DNA of 64,000 bases. It comes from Fimicolochytrium jonesii. Lineage: Eukaryota. Positions 11,788-22,682 of the stretch are shown in pieces. Under the pieces are notes generated by a model. It saw only the letters and a list, made by a program, of their open reading frames with translations. It was not told the DNA's origin and made no database searches. The position numbers and the translations under genes were made by a program. Within the stretch, counting starts at the first letter, position 1; each line of letters begins with the position of its first letter. The stretch is taken from the NCBI RefSeq assembly GCF_025526975.1, contig NW_026515684.1, positions 1 to 64,000 of the forward strand, given 5' to 3'.

Positions 11788-14616
11788 TCAGCGAGGTCCC
11801 GCCGATCCCTCAATACTCTTGCTACTCCGCGCAGCGTTCGATTTATTCTGCAGCAGCTCTGGGAACTGCTCTTCCACAAAGTTGTTCACCATGCCGATTG
11901 CTTCCGAAATGGCTTCTTTCACAGAGTCATCGGAAGTCTCCCTCGCGACAGTGTTGGCTGCACCAAGGGCTGCCTGATAAACTCGAGCGGTGGGCTCGAA
12001 GCCCGCGCTCTCCATGTCGAGCAGCGTGGATATCACGTCCGCTCCGCGGCCGTTGCGCATTTGGAGTTGCAGCAAATAGCCGTAGCCCTCTGCGTCGAGT
12101 GGATGCACAATATCCGGTGTTGATACAGTCGGAGTTACACCTTTCCCCTTCAGTTCCTCTTTCGCGCCACTTTTGCCTCTGATAATGTCGATGAAAATCA
12201 TTGACGTTTTGCGATTCATTGAAGTAACGTCCAAGACGGCGCGCAGCATGGCCGTGACAGACGAAGCACTCATGTTCACCTCTCCCTGGCGCACGGCGGC
12301 TACCAGAGCCAAGTAAACTCGGACGGCCCCGAGATGGTCGTTCTGGACCCGGTATGCATCGATGGCAAAACGGTACACGGGTTCGGAAGCCGTGCGTTTA
12401 CCCAGGGTGAGTTCGGTGAAGAGGGCCAATATAGTTTTGCACTGCAACTTCTGCTTCTCGGTTGTCACATGGCCGCCGTGCTGTCTAGTCACGCCTAGTA
12501 GATTTGCTTTGCCCATCTTCGGTCCTGCGCTCTCCTCCGCACTCCGATCGCCCGCGACAAGATCTTCTCCCGCTTGAATAAGAAGCTTCTCGAATTGTTC
12601 GCTGTGAACTTCGAAGTGCTTTTCAAAATGCTTCCCCAGCGAACGGTCTTTGTGGGCCTCGCTTTGTCGCATCCGTACGAGGATATCCACCGCATCTTCC
12701 CATCTGTTTGCTTGAATCGCGCAGTCCAACACCGCCAAATACAGATTAAAGGCGGGTTCAAAACGAAGTGTCCAAACTTTATTGCCCGCAGCATCGGTGA
12801 CTTCATTCCGCTGTTTGCCCATGTCTTTCCACAGGTCTAATGCGCTGTTCACTTCCCTGGCTTCAATGAAACCTCTGATGACCGTAGCATAGCTGACTTC
12901 GTTCGGTGTGTATGCGGATCGTTCGTGGGTTAACAAGGCCCAGTACGTCTCCAAAACATCTGTGCGATGCAATTTCGCGGCCGCCTCGAGAATCTCATTA
13001 TAGCACTCAAGTGGGGCCGGAATGAATGCCTGTTCCATTTGATGGAGGACCCGCGTCGCGTCCTCGAGATTACACTTTTTTGCGTATGCAGTGATGATAC
13101 TTCTGTAAGAGTTTATCAGCTGCATTCTGACATGCTGTGCCTCGCTTCCACGTAGTAGTGCTAGGATCTTCTCCGCATCTAAGACCTTTCCTGCCTTGGC
13201 ATGCGCCGCAATAAGCGTGGAGAAGGTGACAGCGTCAACGTCTACCCCTTCGCTCAACATTATGTCCACGACGGCAGATGCTCCAGGTAGGTCGCCCAAG
13301 TTCGCTTTGGCGTGAATGATTGTATTGAATATGTGGGCATCCGGTTTTATCCCAGCCGCCACTAGCTGATCAAAGAGCTCGCTCACTTTCTCGAGTTGCT
13401 TTTGCCGGGAAAATGCGCCCATCATTGTCGTGTAATCCATTTTGTCGGGTTTGAACCCGCTGGATAGTTTCTCTGCAAAGGCCCGCTCAGCTTCGACTAG
13501 ATCATCGGCACGTACGTACAGCCGAATAAGAGTCGAATATGTGCGCTCGTCCGGTTGTAAGGAGGCTGCGATCATTTGCTTATGAAATTGCTTCGCCACG
13601 TCGATGTTGGATGCACCAGTGGCCTCTATGAGCTCGTTGTAAGTTTGTACGTCAGGTTTCACTCCCTCGGCAGTCATCCGATCAAAAAATGCGACAGCTC
13701 CGTCAACATCCCCGACCCTGCCATAAGCGCGAATAAAGTGGTTATACGTTGTTGTGTTGGGCAGCAGTTTATCTCTGTAAACCGCTTCCAGCGTTTTGCG
13801 AACGCCAACCATCTTGCCGATTGACGCATATTTGGAGCTGACCATGTTGTACTCATCGATTGTCGGATTGAATCCCGCCTCGCTCATCTGCTTCAGAAGG
13901 AGTTCGGCAAACTCGAACTTTGGCGGTCGATGATCCAAAAGCAGAGTTGCGACATCTGTAAAATGCTTCTTCTTCAGCCTCTTACGGGCTTCCTCGTCCA
14001 ACAAGATATCCTGAAACTTGAGCCAACTCCCGACTCGGTCCCTCTCGCTCAACGCCGCCTCGAACGCTGGCCAGTCCGGAGGGCGCACCTCTCGTGATCT
14101 CTGGACATTGGCGACCGATTCATCGAGCAAATCTGGCCGCGGTCTCGGTTTCCCTCGATTATGCTTGGTGTCCTGCAGGCGCTCATGTGGTGTACGCAAG
14201 TGTCGAGCTCGCTCGGCATGTCCTGAGCGCGGTTCATGTTGGCGCCGGTTGGTGCTCCGCGTGTCGGCGGCCAGGCCAAGGTCTAAGGTCGGACCTCGAA
14301 GATGCACCCTGGATTGTGTAGGACTACGATGGTCACTGCTCTCAGAGTCATCAGACCGTCGTGCCGATGAGCTTGCACACGGATTTCGGGTGCTCGATAT
14401 GTTCCGCGAGATAACCGAGGTCACGGACATGGGACGAAAAGCATACTTGGCGGAAATGAAGGTGGGACCGACACAAGAGCAGAGCCTCCTATGCGGTGGG
14501 CCGAAGGACGACATTATCAACTGACGCCGAAATGCCGTTCGCAGACGCAGCAACTGGCATTTGGGCAATGTGGCAGTCAACCGAAATTGTAGGAAGTGGA
14601 GGCAGAGTGGAGGCAT
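11788..14616 (-). CDS. Pentatricopeptide repeat (PPR) protein, probably mitochondrial
   Basis: Intronless 942-aa ORF with tandem 35-aa repeats (PNTTTYNHFIRAYGRVGD, PDVQTYNELIEA, PDERTYSTLIRLY, PDAHIFNTIIHA) and an Arg/Ser-rich N-terminus. The true start may be a downstream ATG. Confidence 0.92.
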   Translation of the reverse strand: MPPLCLHFLQFRLTATLPKCQLLRLRTAFRRQLIMSSFGPPHRRLCSCVGPTFISAKYAFRPMSVTSVISRNISSTRNPCASSSARRSDDSESSDHRSPTQSRVHLRGPTLDLGLAADTRSTNRRQHEPRSGHAERARHLRTPHERLQDTKHNRGKPRPRPDLLDESVANVQRSREVRPPDWPAFEAALSERDRVGSWLKFQDILLDEEARKRLKKKHFTDVATLLLDHRPPKFEFAELLLKQMSEAGFNPTIDEYNMVSSKYASIGKMVGVRKTLEAVYRDKLLPNTTTYNHFIRAYGRVGDVDGAVAFFDRMTAEGVKPDVQTYNELIEATGASNIDVAKQFHKQMIAASLQPDERTYSTLIRLYVRADDLVEAERAFAEKLSSGFKPDKMDYTTMMGAFSRQKQLEKVSELFDQLVAAGIKPDAHIFNTIIHAKANLGDLPGASAVVDIMLSEGVDVDAVTFSTLIAAHAKAGKVLDAEKILALLRGSEAQHVRMQLINSYRSIITAYAKKCNLEDATRVLHQMEQAFIPAPLECYNEILEAAAKLHRTDVLETYWALLTHERSAYTPNEVSYATVIRGFIEAREVNSALDLWKDMGKQRNEVTDAAGNKVWTLRFEPAFNLYLAVLDCAIQANRWEDAVDILVRMRQSEAHKDRSLGKHFEKHFEVHSEQFEKLLIQAGEDLVAGDRSAEESAGPKMGKANLLGVTRQHGGHVTTEKQKLQCKTILALFTELTLGKRTASEPVYRFAIDAYRVQNDHLGAVRVYLALVAAVRQGEVNMSASSVTAMLRAVLDVTSMNRKTSMIFIDIIRGKSGAKEELKGKGVTPTVSTPDIVHPLDAEGYGYLLQLQMRNGRGADVISTLLDMESAGFEPTARVYQAALGAANTVARETSDDSVKEAISEAIGMVNNFVEEQFPELLQNKSNAARSSKSIEGSAGPR

Positions 14617-14875
14617 TCGCGACGCTTACGTGCCGCGGCTGCGCCACCCCTGCCCGCTCCCTTCCTTCGTCAATCGATCGGCAAGGCAACAGATATTGGC
14701 CATATCAATATATATACAGATTTAGGTTTGATACGGAGATACAGTTGACGATGGGCAACCCCGGCATCTAATTTCACTTCATTCACGGACGCCGTACTCC
14801 AGCGGCATCTTGTAGGGAACTCATTTTGATAGCACGGATGGCTTGTAACCGGTGATGATCCTGAAAGCTTCATCC

Positions 14876-15235
14876 TCATGCAAAAGAAAGGTGGACCATC
14901 ATCTCTGCGACCTGCCTGTAAATGCAGAAGTGGAGTTCTAGAGTCAATGCACTAATCCGATGTGGGTTTGAACATGCCTTCAATGGCTCGAACCCTTCTC
15001 GTTACCTTTCCTCGGCGTCGTATGCTGGGGCCAATTTGCGCATCCTAACGCTGCGAGTCTGAAGAGGCGCACCGACTGGGCTCGTCTGCTTGGTTGACGC
15101 AAAAAATCCAACGGTGCCCGGTTCCCGTTTGTTATCAGCAGTAGACCTGCTGCGTGCAGCGTACGCCACAATAGCAGCGAGACAGACCGCAGCCGCAGCC
15201 GTTGTTCCCCACCCTCTCAGGGCGTTGGGAGCCAT
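14876..15235 (-). CDS. Possible small (~89 aa) single-pass membrane protein, 2 exons
   Basis: ATG at 15235; hydrophobic AAAAVCLAAIVAYAA; donor GTAACG at 15005; acceptor TTTACAG at 14916; stop at 14876-14878. No homology recognised. Confidence 0.35.
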
Positions 15236-15458
15236 GTCTGCTTCGGCGGGTTGGATGTCCAGGCTTGAATTCTGAGCAGGGCTCAAGGTAACAGCCAGCG
15301 ACGGCTTACCGAAGCGTGTGCGAAATGTGACTTCCGATCGCTTGTGCTGTTATCCCGCTCGCAAGCAGGGCTGTCTTCCCGAAGCTTCATCTTCTCGAGA
15401 AAGCCTGGGAAAAAGTGTGCAATGACACGCCAGCGTAACTTCAGCCGAGACTTTCGAT

Positions 15459-15479
15459 CCCCCCCCCCCCCCCCGCGCC

Positions 15480-15512
<33 letters not shown>
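15459..15512. repeat. Poly-C/poly-G tract (C16-GCGCCA-C32)
   Basis: Read directly from the sequence; intergenic. Confidence 0.95.
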
Positions 15513-15513
<1 letters not shown>

Positions 15514-15931
15514 ATGATGAAATGAGGGAGGCAATAATAGATGGTGTCGGTATCACCGGGAGGTTCGAGCCTGAGCTTTGATGGAACCCATAATCCTACG
15601 AGGAAAACACAGTCAGAAAAACACAGCCAGACGGGTGCACATGACAAACGACTACGATAACCAAATTCAGACCTGGATCCATACCTATCATTTTATCGTT
15701 TATACGCAAGCCTGAGAGACATGGCAGGCTTGCTCTCCACAACTTTGGCCGTCACGGTGGGAATAACAGCAGATTGAAGGCCAATTGTATGTTTTAGAAT
15801 AGGTAAGATGTCTCCGAAACGTGCTAATGAACGGATATGCACAACGCACAAGACATGGTGATGTACGCCAAAAACCGCTTGCAAAATGCCCCCATTGACA
15901 TTTGGGCATGTCAATCGGCCCATTGAACAGA

Positions 15932-16591
15932 TTACTTGATCGACGAAAGTGTACTCGTCCGACGTCGAGGATCCGACTTCAGATCAATCCTTCGGCGGCG
16001 GATATCACCAGAATCGCAAAAGTTGTGCCCATGTAACCCCTCCCCTGCTTTGCCCTGCTTCCACGCCGCCACTGCCCCATCTGGATTTTTCGCCACCGCA
16101 CTCCGACCCGAATCTGTGACCTGCACGCCATCTTTTACGACAACCAAGCAAGGGATACCCATGACTCCTACTTGTTGCATGATGTTTTGAACAGTCGACT
16201 GCAATTCAAAGGGTAACGAGAGAAACCCTTTGTCCGCGAGGTTCATGTTTTGCTGCTCCACAGAGCGATCGAGTGGACAGTAAACGACAGGAAAGTCCTT
16301 TCGATTGTCAGCAGCGAAAGCCGACAAGCGAGGAGAGAACTGTCGACACGGGGGACACCACGCTTTATGGAACTGAGATCAACAGGTGTCAAGGGAGCGA
16401 GGAGACAGGGTTAAGTTACCAGCTGAAAAGTATAGACCTATCAGACGCCCCTCCTTTTCTTCCCGTGCTATAGTTTTGCCGGTTGTTTCTAAGTTGTCGT
16501 CGAGAAGCGCGACGTTGCGAATGGTCGCTAGTAGGTCCTTTGCTTCCTGAGGTTCTTTTGAGGGCGAAGGTATCTTGCACAAGCCCTGCAT
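15932..16591 (-). CDS. Nucleoredoxin/tryparedoxin-like thioredoxin (WCPPC)
   Basis: Joining two exons across an intron at ~16419-16363 gives [21 protein letters not shown], followed by GVMGIPCLVVV..G..VT..GR. The C-terminus may be frameshifted (see findings). Confidence 0.88.
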
Positions 16592-17229
16592 CTGTCATTG
16601 TTACGGTGATCTCGATGCGTACTGTCGTGCTGTGCTGTCGTTTGGAGCTTGTCGTCCCGCTCGGCCGCTGCTTTTGACGCGTTCCATCATTGTGGCGACG
16701 GATAAAAAACAGAGAGGCGTGGCGCAGTAGAACATTGGGGGTGGCGCATGGACGGATTTGAATTTTTGTGGAGACTCGTTCTCTGCGCACATGTGCTGGG
16801 GCATTTTTTCAGTTCGCGCGGTTTTGATTAGCGCTCCTTCATTCGCCCTAATCATTTGCGGTTATCGATGCTGATCGGCAAGCGCACGACTTTTCTCGCG
16901 AGCAACGACTGGCTGGGCAAAACAAGAAAAAAAATTCGAGACGGGCAGGGCAGGGAGCGAGGCAGGCTGCTGGAAAAACCGCCCTTGTCTTTCCTTTCCC
17001 TTTTCCCTCCCTCTCGATTTCCTCAAGATTCCCGGTGTTGGCACTCGGGTCTCATAAGTAGGAAAGGACTCTCTTGTCGTCTCCCCCAAATCTAGCCGTA
17101 CCTTAAAAAGACCACTGGAAAAAGTAAGTTGGCCAATTCGGGCCCATTCCGCTTTGTGAAGTGAAGAGTCTGTCTGCCGTGGGAATCTCCGCTCAGCGAA
17201 TTTCATCTGATCCCTCTTCATCACCAGAA

Positions 17230-20200
17230 ATGGCCGCCAAAGCTGATCCCAAGGTGACCGCCCAGGTCGGCGAGCTTATCACTAAGATCACCACCGGCGC
17301 TACCTCCGCCGACCGTGCTGCCGCCGCGAAGGAATTGGCCTCTGTGGTCAAGGCCGCCGGTGCCCATGTTGGTTTGACCCAGTACGACATTGTGGAGCCA
17401 TTGACCAAGGCTTCCACCCACAAGAAGAGTTCCGCCCAGCGTGAAGGTTCTATGCTCGCTTTTACCGCTCTCGCTGAGGCGCTCGGCCACTCCGGTGAAC
17501 CTTACCTCGTCTCGTCCCTCCCCGTCACCCTCGAGCTTTTCGGTGACAAGGACAAGGAGGTCAAGGCCGCCGCTGAACAGGCTGCCGATGCCCTGTTCAA
17601 AAGCCCCGGACGTTTCTCCGTCAAGTATCTCGTTCCTCTCTTGTTGAGCCAGCTCACCAACGAGAAGAAGTGGCAAACCAAGGTTGCTGCTTTGAAGTAC
17701 CTCGGTCGTCTCTCTGAGCACTCTGCCAGCCAGGTGTGCGCTGCTCTCCCTTTGATTCTCCCCGTTGTTTCCACTTGCATGTGGGACACCAAGCCCGAGG
17801 TGCAGGCCGCCGCTAAGGAAACCATGACTCAAGTGACTGGAGCCATCGACAACATCGACATCATCCCCTTCTTGCCAGCACTGATCGGTTGTATCGCAAA
17901 CCCCGACGAGGTCCCAGAGTGTGTCTTCAAGCTCGCCGCTACCACCTTCGTTACCGAAGTCCAGGCCCCCACCCTTGCCATCATGGTGCCTCTGTTGCAG
18001 CGTGGTCTTTCTGAGCGCAAGCCTGCGGTTCTTCGTCAGACTTGTGTCATTATTGACAACATGTGCAAACTTGTCGAGAACCCCGCTGAGGCTCACCAGT
18101 TCTTGCCTCCTCTCTTGCCCGGTGTCGACCGTATCATTGAGGTATGTGCTCCAAAGCCCAGTTCTCGATCTGAGCTTGCCACTTTACTCCGATCTGTTTT
18201 GCTCACATTTCCGTTATTTTCGTTTTTCCCGCTTATAGGTGCAAGCTGACCCCGAGTTGCGTTCCATCGCTGCCCGTGGTAAGGCTACTCTGATCCGTGT
18301 CGGTGGAGGCGCCGATGTCGAGACCGAGGACCCTGAAACCGTCGCCAAGAGGAAGGCGGCTGCTCACCAGGAGTTCTTGGACACCCTTGCCAAGACCGTC
18401 AAGGACGTTGGTGCCGACAAGGCCATTGACGCTGCCAGCTCCGAGTACATCGTCGTTCAGCTCGAGGCCATGTACGACTCCCGCATTTTCGACGTCCCCG
18501 ACTGGCACGCCGCCACCGTCCCATACGCCACTCCCTTCATCGGTGAGGAGAAGGCGAAGGCGCTTGCTAAGCCTTTGCTGGCTCACTACGTCGCCATGGA
18601 TAAGCTTCGCCAAAAGGAGGGCAAGGTCGAGGACCTCGAGGAAGGAGAAGAGCTTTGCAACTGTGAATTTTCGCTTGCCTACGGTGGTATGATCTTGTTG
18701 AACAACACCAAGCTTCGCCTTATCCGAGGTCAGCGTTACGGTCTCTGCGGTCCCAACGGTGTCGGTAAATCCACCCTCATGAGGGCCATCGCCAACGGTC
18801 AGTTGGACGGTTTCCCCCCGGCTGATGAGCTGAAAACTGTGTTCGTCGAGCACACTCTGCAAGCTGAGGATGCTGACCTCTCTGTGTTGGACTTCGTCCT
18901 GGCCGCCGAGCACATGATGGCGCAGAAGGACGTCGTCGAGGAGACTCTCCGCAGCGTCGGTTTCGATGACGGCCGTCTGTCTCAACCCGTCGGATCCCTC
19001 TCTGGTGGTTGGAAAATGAAGCTCGAGCTCGCTCGTGCTATGCTCGAGAAGGCCGACATCTTGCTTCTCGACGAGCCCACTAACCACTTGGATGTTGCCA
19101 ACGTTACCTGGTTGGTCAACTACCTCACCAACCTGCCCAACGTCACCTCTATGATCGTCTCCCACGATTCCGGTTTCTTGGACAGGACGTGTACCAACAT
19201 TATCCACTACGAGAACCGTAAACTCAAGACTTACCGTGGTAACCTGTCCAAGTTTGTCGAGCAGAAGCCTGAGGCCAAGTCTTACTACGAGCTGTCCGCC
19301 GCCACCGTCAAGTTCAAGTTCCCCGAACCCGGATTCCTTGAAGGTATCAAGTCCAAGGACAAGGCCATTCTCAAGATGATCGGTGTCAACTTCACGTACC
19401 CCGGCCGCCCCATGCCCGCTTTGACTGGCATCTCCCTGCAGTGCTCGCTGAACTCCCGTGTTGCCGTCATCGGACCCAACGGAGCCGGTAAATCGACTAT
19501 GATCAAGATCTTGACCGGAGAGCTTGTCGCCGTCGAGGGTGATGTGTGGAAGCACCCCAACTTGCGTGTCGCTTACGTCGCCCAGCACGCTTTCCACCAC
19601 GTTGAGCAACACATGGACAAGACCCCCAACGAATACATCCGATGGCGTTACCAGTACGGAGAGGACCGTGAGTCTCTCGTCAAGGCCGCCCGCCAGCTCA
19701 CCCCCGAGGAGGAGGCCGCCATCAAGAAACCCATCGTCATTGAGGCTGAGAAGCGCCTGTTTGAGGACATCGTCGGTCGTCGTAAGGCCAAGCGTTCGTA
19801 CGAGTACGAGATTAAGTGGTTGAACCGTCCCCACGACGACAACACTTGGCACTCTCGTGACCGTCTCGAGGACTGGGGTTTCGAGAAGCTCGTCAACTGG
19901 TTCGATGAGAGGGAAGCCGCCAAGGAGGGCATGTACGCTCGTCCCCTGACACAGAAGGGTGTCGAGAAGCATTTGGAGGATGTCGGTCTCCCCGCCGAGT
20001 TCGCCACCCACTCCCGTATCCGTGGTCTGTCCGGTGGACAGAAGGTCAAGGTCGTTCTTGGTGCTGCCATGTGGAACAACCCCCACATGTTGGTTCTTGA
20101 CGAGCCTACCAACTATTTGGACCGTGACTCTCTCGGTGCTTTGGCTGGAGCGATCCAGGACTACGGAGGTGGTGTCGTCATCATCTCCCACAACAGGGAG

Positions 20201-20541
20201 TTCACTGGCGCCATTTGCCCTGAAGTGTGGAATGTCGACGCCGGTAAACTCCGTATCGAGGGTGCCAAGCGTGACATGCCCGTCGAGAAGATCGAGATGA
20301 AGGAGCAGGAGACGGTAACGGATGCGTTCGGTAACGTCACTAAGGTCAAGTCGAAGAGAAAGTTGACGCGTAAGGTATGCTTCACAGAGCTGAGCTTATT
20401 TGTCATTTCCGTTGTGTCACTCGGTAGTAACTCGATTATGCCTTCACTCAACAGGAATTGAAGCAGAAGGAGAAGAGGAGAGCCGACCGTATCAAGGCCC
20501 AGGGCGAGGCTGGAGACTACGACTCCGAAGAGGAGGATTGA
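17230..20541 (+). CDS. TEF3: Translation elongation factor 3 (eEF3)
   Basis: Exons 17230-18141, 18239-20374, 20455-20541. HEAT-repeat N-terminus, two ABC cassettes (GPNGVGKST, LSGGWKMK, GPNGAGKST, LSGGQKVK), a chromo-like insert (RSYEYEIKW), a basic/acidic tail and strong codon bias. Confidence 0.93.
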
Positions 20542-21155
20542 ACACTCAACCCGAACGCCTCGAACTGAAATATAGAATTAGTGAGCCTCAAACACTTCAC
20601 GAAGAGTATTTTATTTTAACTCGCCCGCACTCCCCATCACTTCAATTACGCTTACACTGTTCGACTTGTATTTTAAATTGCTTTTCTGTCATTACATACC
20701 GGTGTGCGAGCGCCGTTTTCAAATCATGTGGCTTTGTCCGATTCGTACAGTTTGGGAGCGGTTCCGTCGCAGCTGAAAGAGGTATCAGCGAACGTGCCAA
20801 AGCGAAAGACGAAGCCAAGAACGAATGTACAGAATAGGGGCCAAAAGTCATAATTTAGCGACGAAAACGGAAAGTATCTACGATACTGGATACGGCCGAA
20901 AAGAGATACACGAAAGAAAAGGATATGCAAGAAGGAACAAAGCGCCGTAGACGGGGAAAGAGCCTACAACGTACTACAAGCAAATAATGTACAGATTTTA
21001 ATCCAACCGGAAACCAGCGGTGAAACTAGTGGTAGAAGTACGGGAAGTGCGGTTTATGCAGGGGAGCTAAGGAGAAGAATATCCACCGGCAGAAGGAACG
21101 AAAAGCGAGGCGAGGTTCTCTAAGCCAGTATCGGGAAGCCAAAAAAGACCCATGT

Positions 21156-22682
21156 TTAAATATCGAGATCGAACGCCTTGACTCGCTCCGCACCGAAGAA
21201 GGGGTCCCGACCACCCGCCTCCAGTCCAAATCCCGGTCGTAGCGGGCTACTGCACAGCATCCCGGCGTGTTGAAGGACGTGTTGGTGAGTATGAGAGCAA
21301 TGAAATGTGTTTGGCGTGGTCAGGCACGACGGCGGTGTGCATGGCCAGTCCAGCGGGAGATCGCAGAGTGTGGATGAAGATGATGGGGTATATGCGTGGT
21401 AGTGATGCTCGTGGTCGTGGACGGGGATGATGTCGATCCACGGGATATCCAAGTCGTGGAATGGGGCTGAGATGGCGGCCGCCCCGTGGAGATAGGAAGA
21501 CGAGGCGGAACGCAATGCTGGGTCGGATTCTGTGAGGTGCAGAGCGTTCGGCCCTGGTGCACTCAGAATGGTCGTTTTGACGCCTTCGGGTCGGCCGGCT
21601 GCTTTCTTGTATGACCACTGCCGTGCACCCTCAGTACGAGAGGCTAGTATATTGCCAGACCGCGTCTGTTCGTCAGCGTCGCAGTTGTGTTTGATTCTCA
21701 TCGCTTGAGAGACGTTGCAGCGGGGAGAACAGTTCTCCTTCCCAGCAGCTCCAACGACCTTTGTCACGCCTTTATCGCTCAGCTCGGCGTGTTTTCTTTT
21801 GCGAAGAGGTGCAGGTGCTGATCCCATCCCGAAGGTACGCTCCTCACTTGTTTCGCTGTGACGAGCCTTCGCAGCAGTATCATCGGTGGAAAGTGAAAAT
21901 TCGTCGAGTGATCTGGTTCCGAAGCCATCGAAAGATGTCGGGAACGCCATTGGTGGTTCATAAAGTACGGGCGATGAAGAAAAGTGATGATCGAGCAGCG
22001 AGAAATCGGACGAAGGGCATCTGCCATCGGTATTATGCATGTCCTCCTCGTCGGATGTGCCAAACTCCGAGCCAAACCATGCCAGATGGGTGACATCGAG
22101 GGAAGATACATCGTTCAGGCCGGGCGAGTTGAATGCAATTTCAATGTTGTCCAGGAAGCGAGAGGGAGCTTGAGGGGCCGTCTTCCAAACGTCAGCGAAT
22201 AGTGCAGAGCTCGTAGTTGACGATTTGCCAGCATCTTTACTGTGAGACTTGCGGGAAGGTGTGGCTGCGAAGGGGCTCATATCGGCCTCTAACATGTCGA
22301 GATCATCGCGAGGGGAAAGAGCATCTAGCATTCTTTGTCCTCGTGGTTCAGACCTGGCTCGTCTGGCGACGGAGAGTAGGGATGTTTCTTCAGCCGATCG
22401 CTTCAGAGGTAGGTATCCGGATCTTCGTGCTCTCGGTGGTGGTGTTGCTTTCAGTGCAAACTCCGATGCACGAGTCGGCGTGCTCCTTCCGCGCGGCATA
22501 TCGAGATGTGCACAACCTTGTTGGCCGAGGCTGCCATGGCGTTGCCGTTTGGATTCGCCTATGTCCTTTTGCCGATTATTGATGTCTCCCACGTAGGCCG
22601 TAAGGTCCAGCTTCGATAGATTCACATATGGGTTTGCTTTCATCATGCTAGGGCGCTTCGCGAAATGGCGTAGTCGGCAAAT
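21156..22682 (-). CDS. Hypothetical low-complexity protein; upstream exons likely but unresolved
   Basis: 496-aa ORF preceded by a TTTTAACAG acceptor; candidate donors upstream near 23009 and 23225. No domain recognised. Confidence 0.55.
   Translation of the reverse strand: MCRLRHFAKRPSMMKANPYVNLSKLDLTAYVGDINNRQKDIGESKRQRHGSLGQQGCAHLDMPRGRSTPTRASEFALKATPPPRARRSGYLPLKRSAEETSLLSVARRARSEPRGQRMLDALSPRDDLDMLEADMSPFAATPSRKSHSKDAGKSSTTSSALFADVWKTAPQAPSRFLDNIEIAFNSPGLNDVSSLDVTHLAWFGSEFGTSDEEDMHNTDGRCPSSDFSLLDHHFSSSPVLYEPPMAFPTSFDGFGTRSLDEFSLSTDDTAAKARHSETSEERTFGMGSAPAPLRKRKHAELSDKGVTKVVGAAGKENCSPRCNVSQAMRIKHNCDADEQTRSGNILASRTEGARQWSYKKAAGRPEGVKTTILSAPGPNALHLTESDPALRSASSSYLHGAAAISAPFHDLDIPWIDIIPVHDHEHHYHAYTPSSSSTLCDLPLDWPCTPPSCLTTPNTFHCSHTHQHVLQHAGMLCSSPLRPGFGLEAGGRDPFFGAERVKAFDLDI

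Noticed and set aside
15283..15647. Poly-glycine ORFs
   Set aside because: Artefacts of the poly-G tract.
17221..20191. Long antisense ORFs (291 and 652 aa) opposite eEF3; similar ones opposite the phosphate carrier and ACAD genes
   Set aside because: Expected shadow of strong codon bias in highly expressed genes; no protein motifs.
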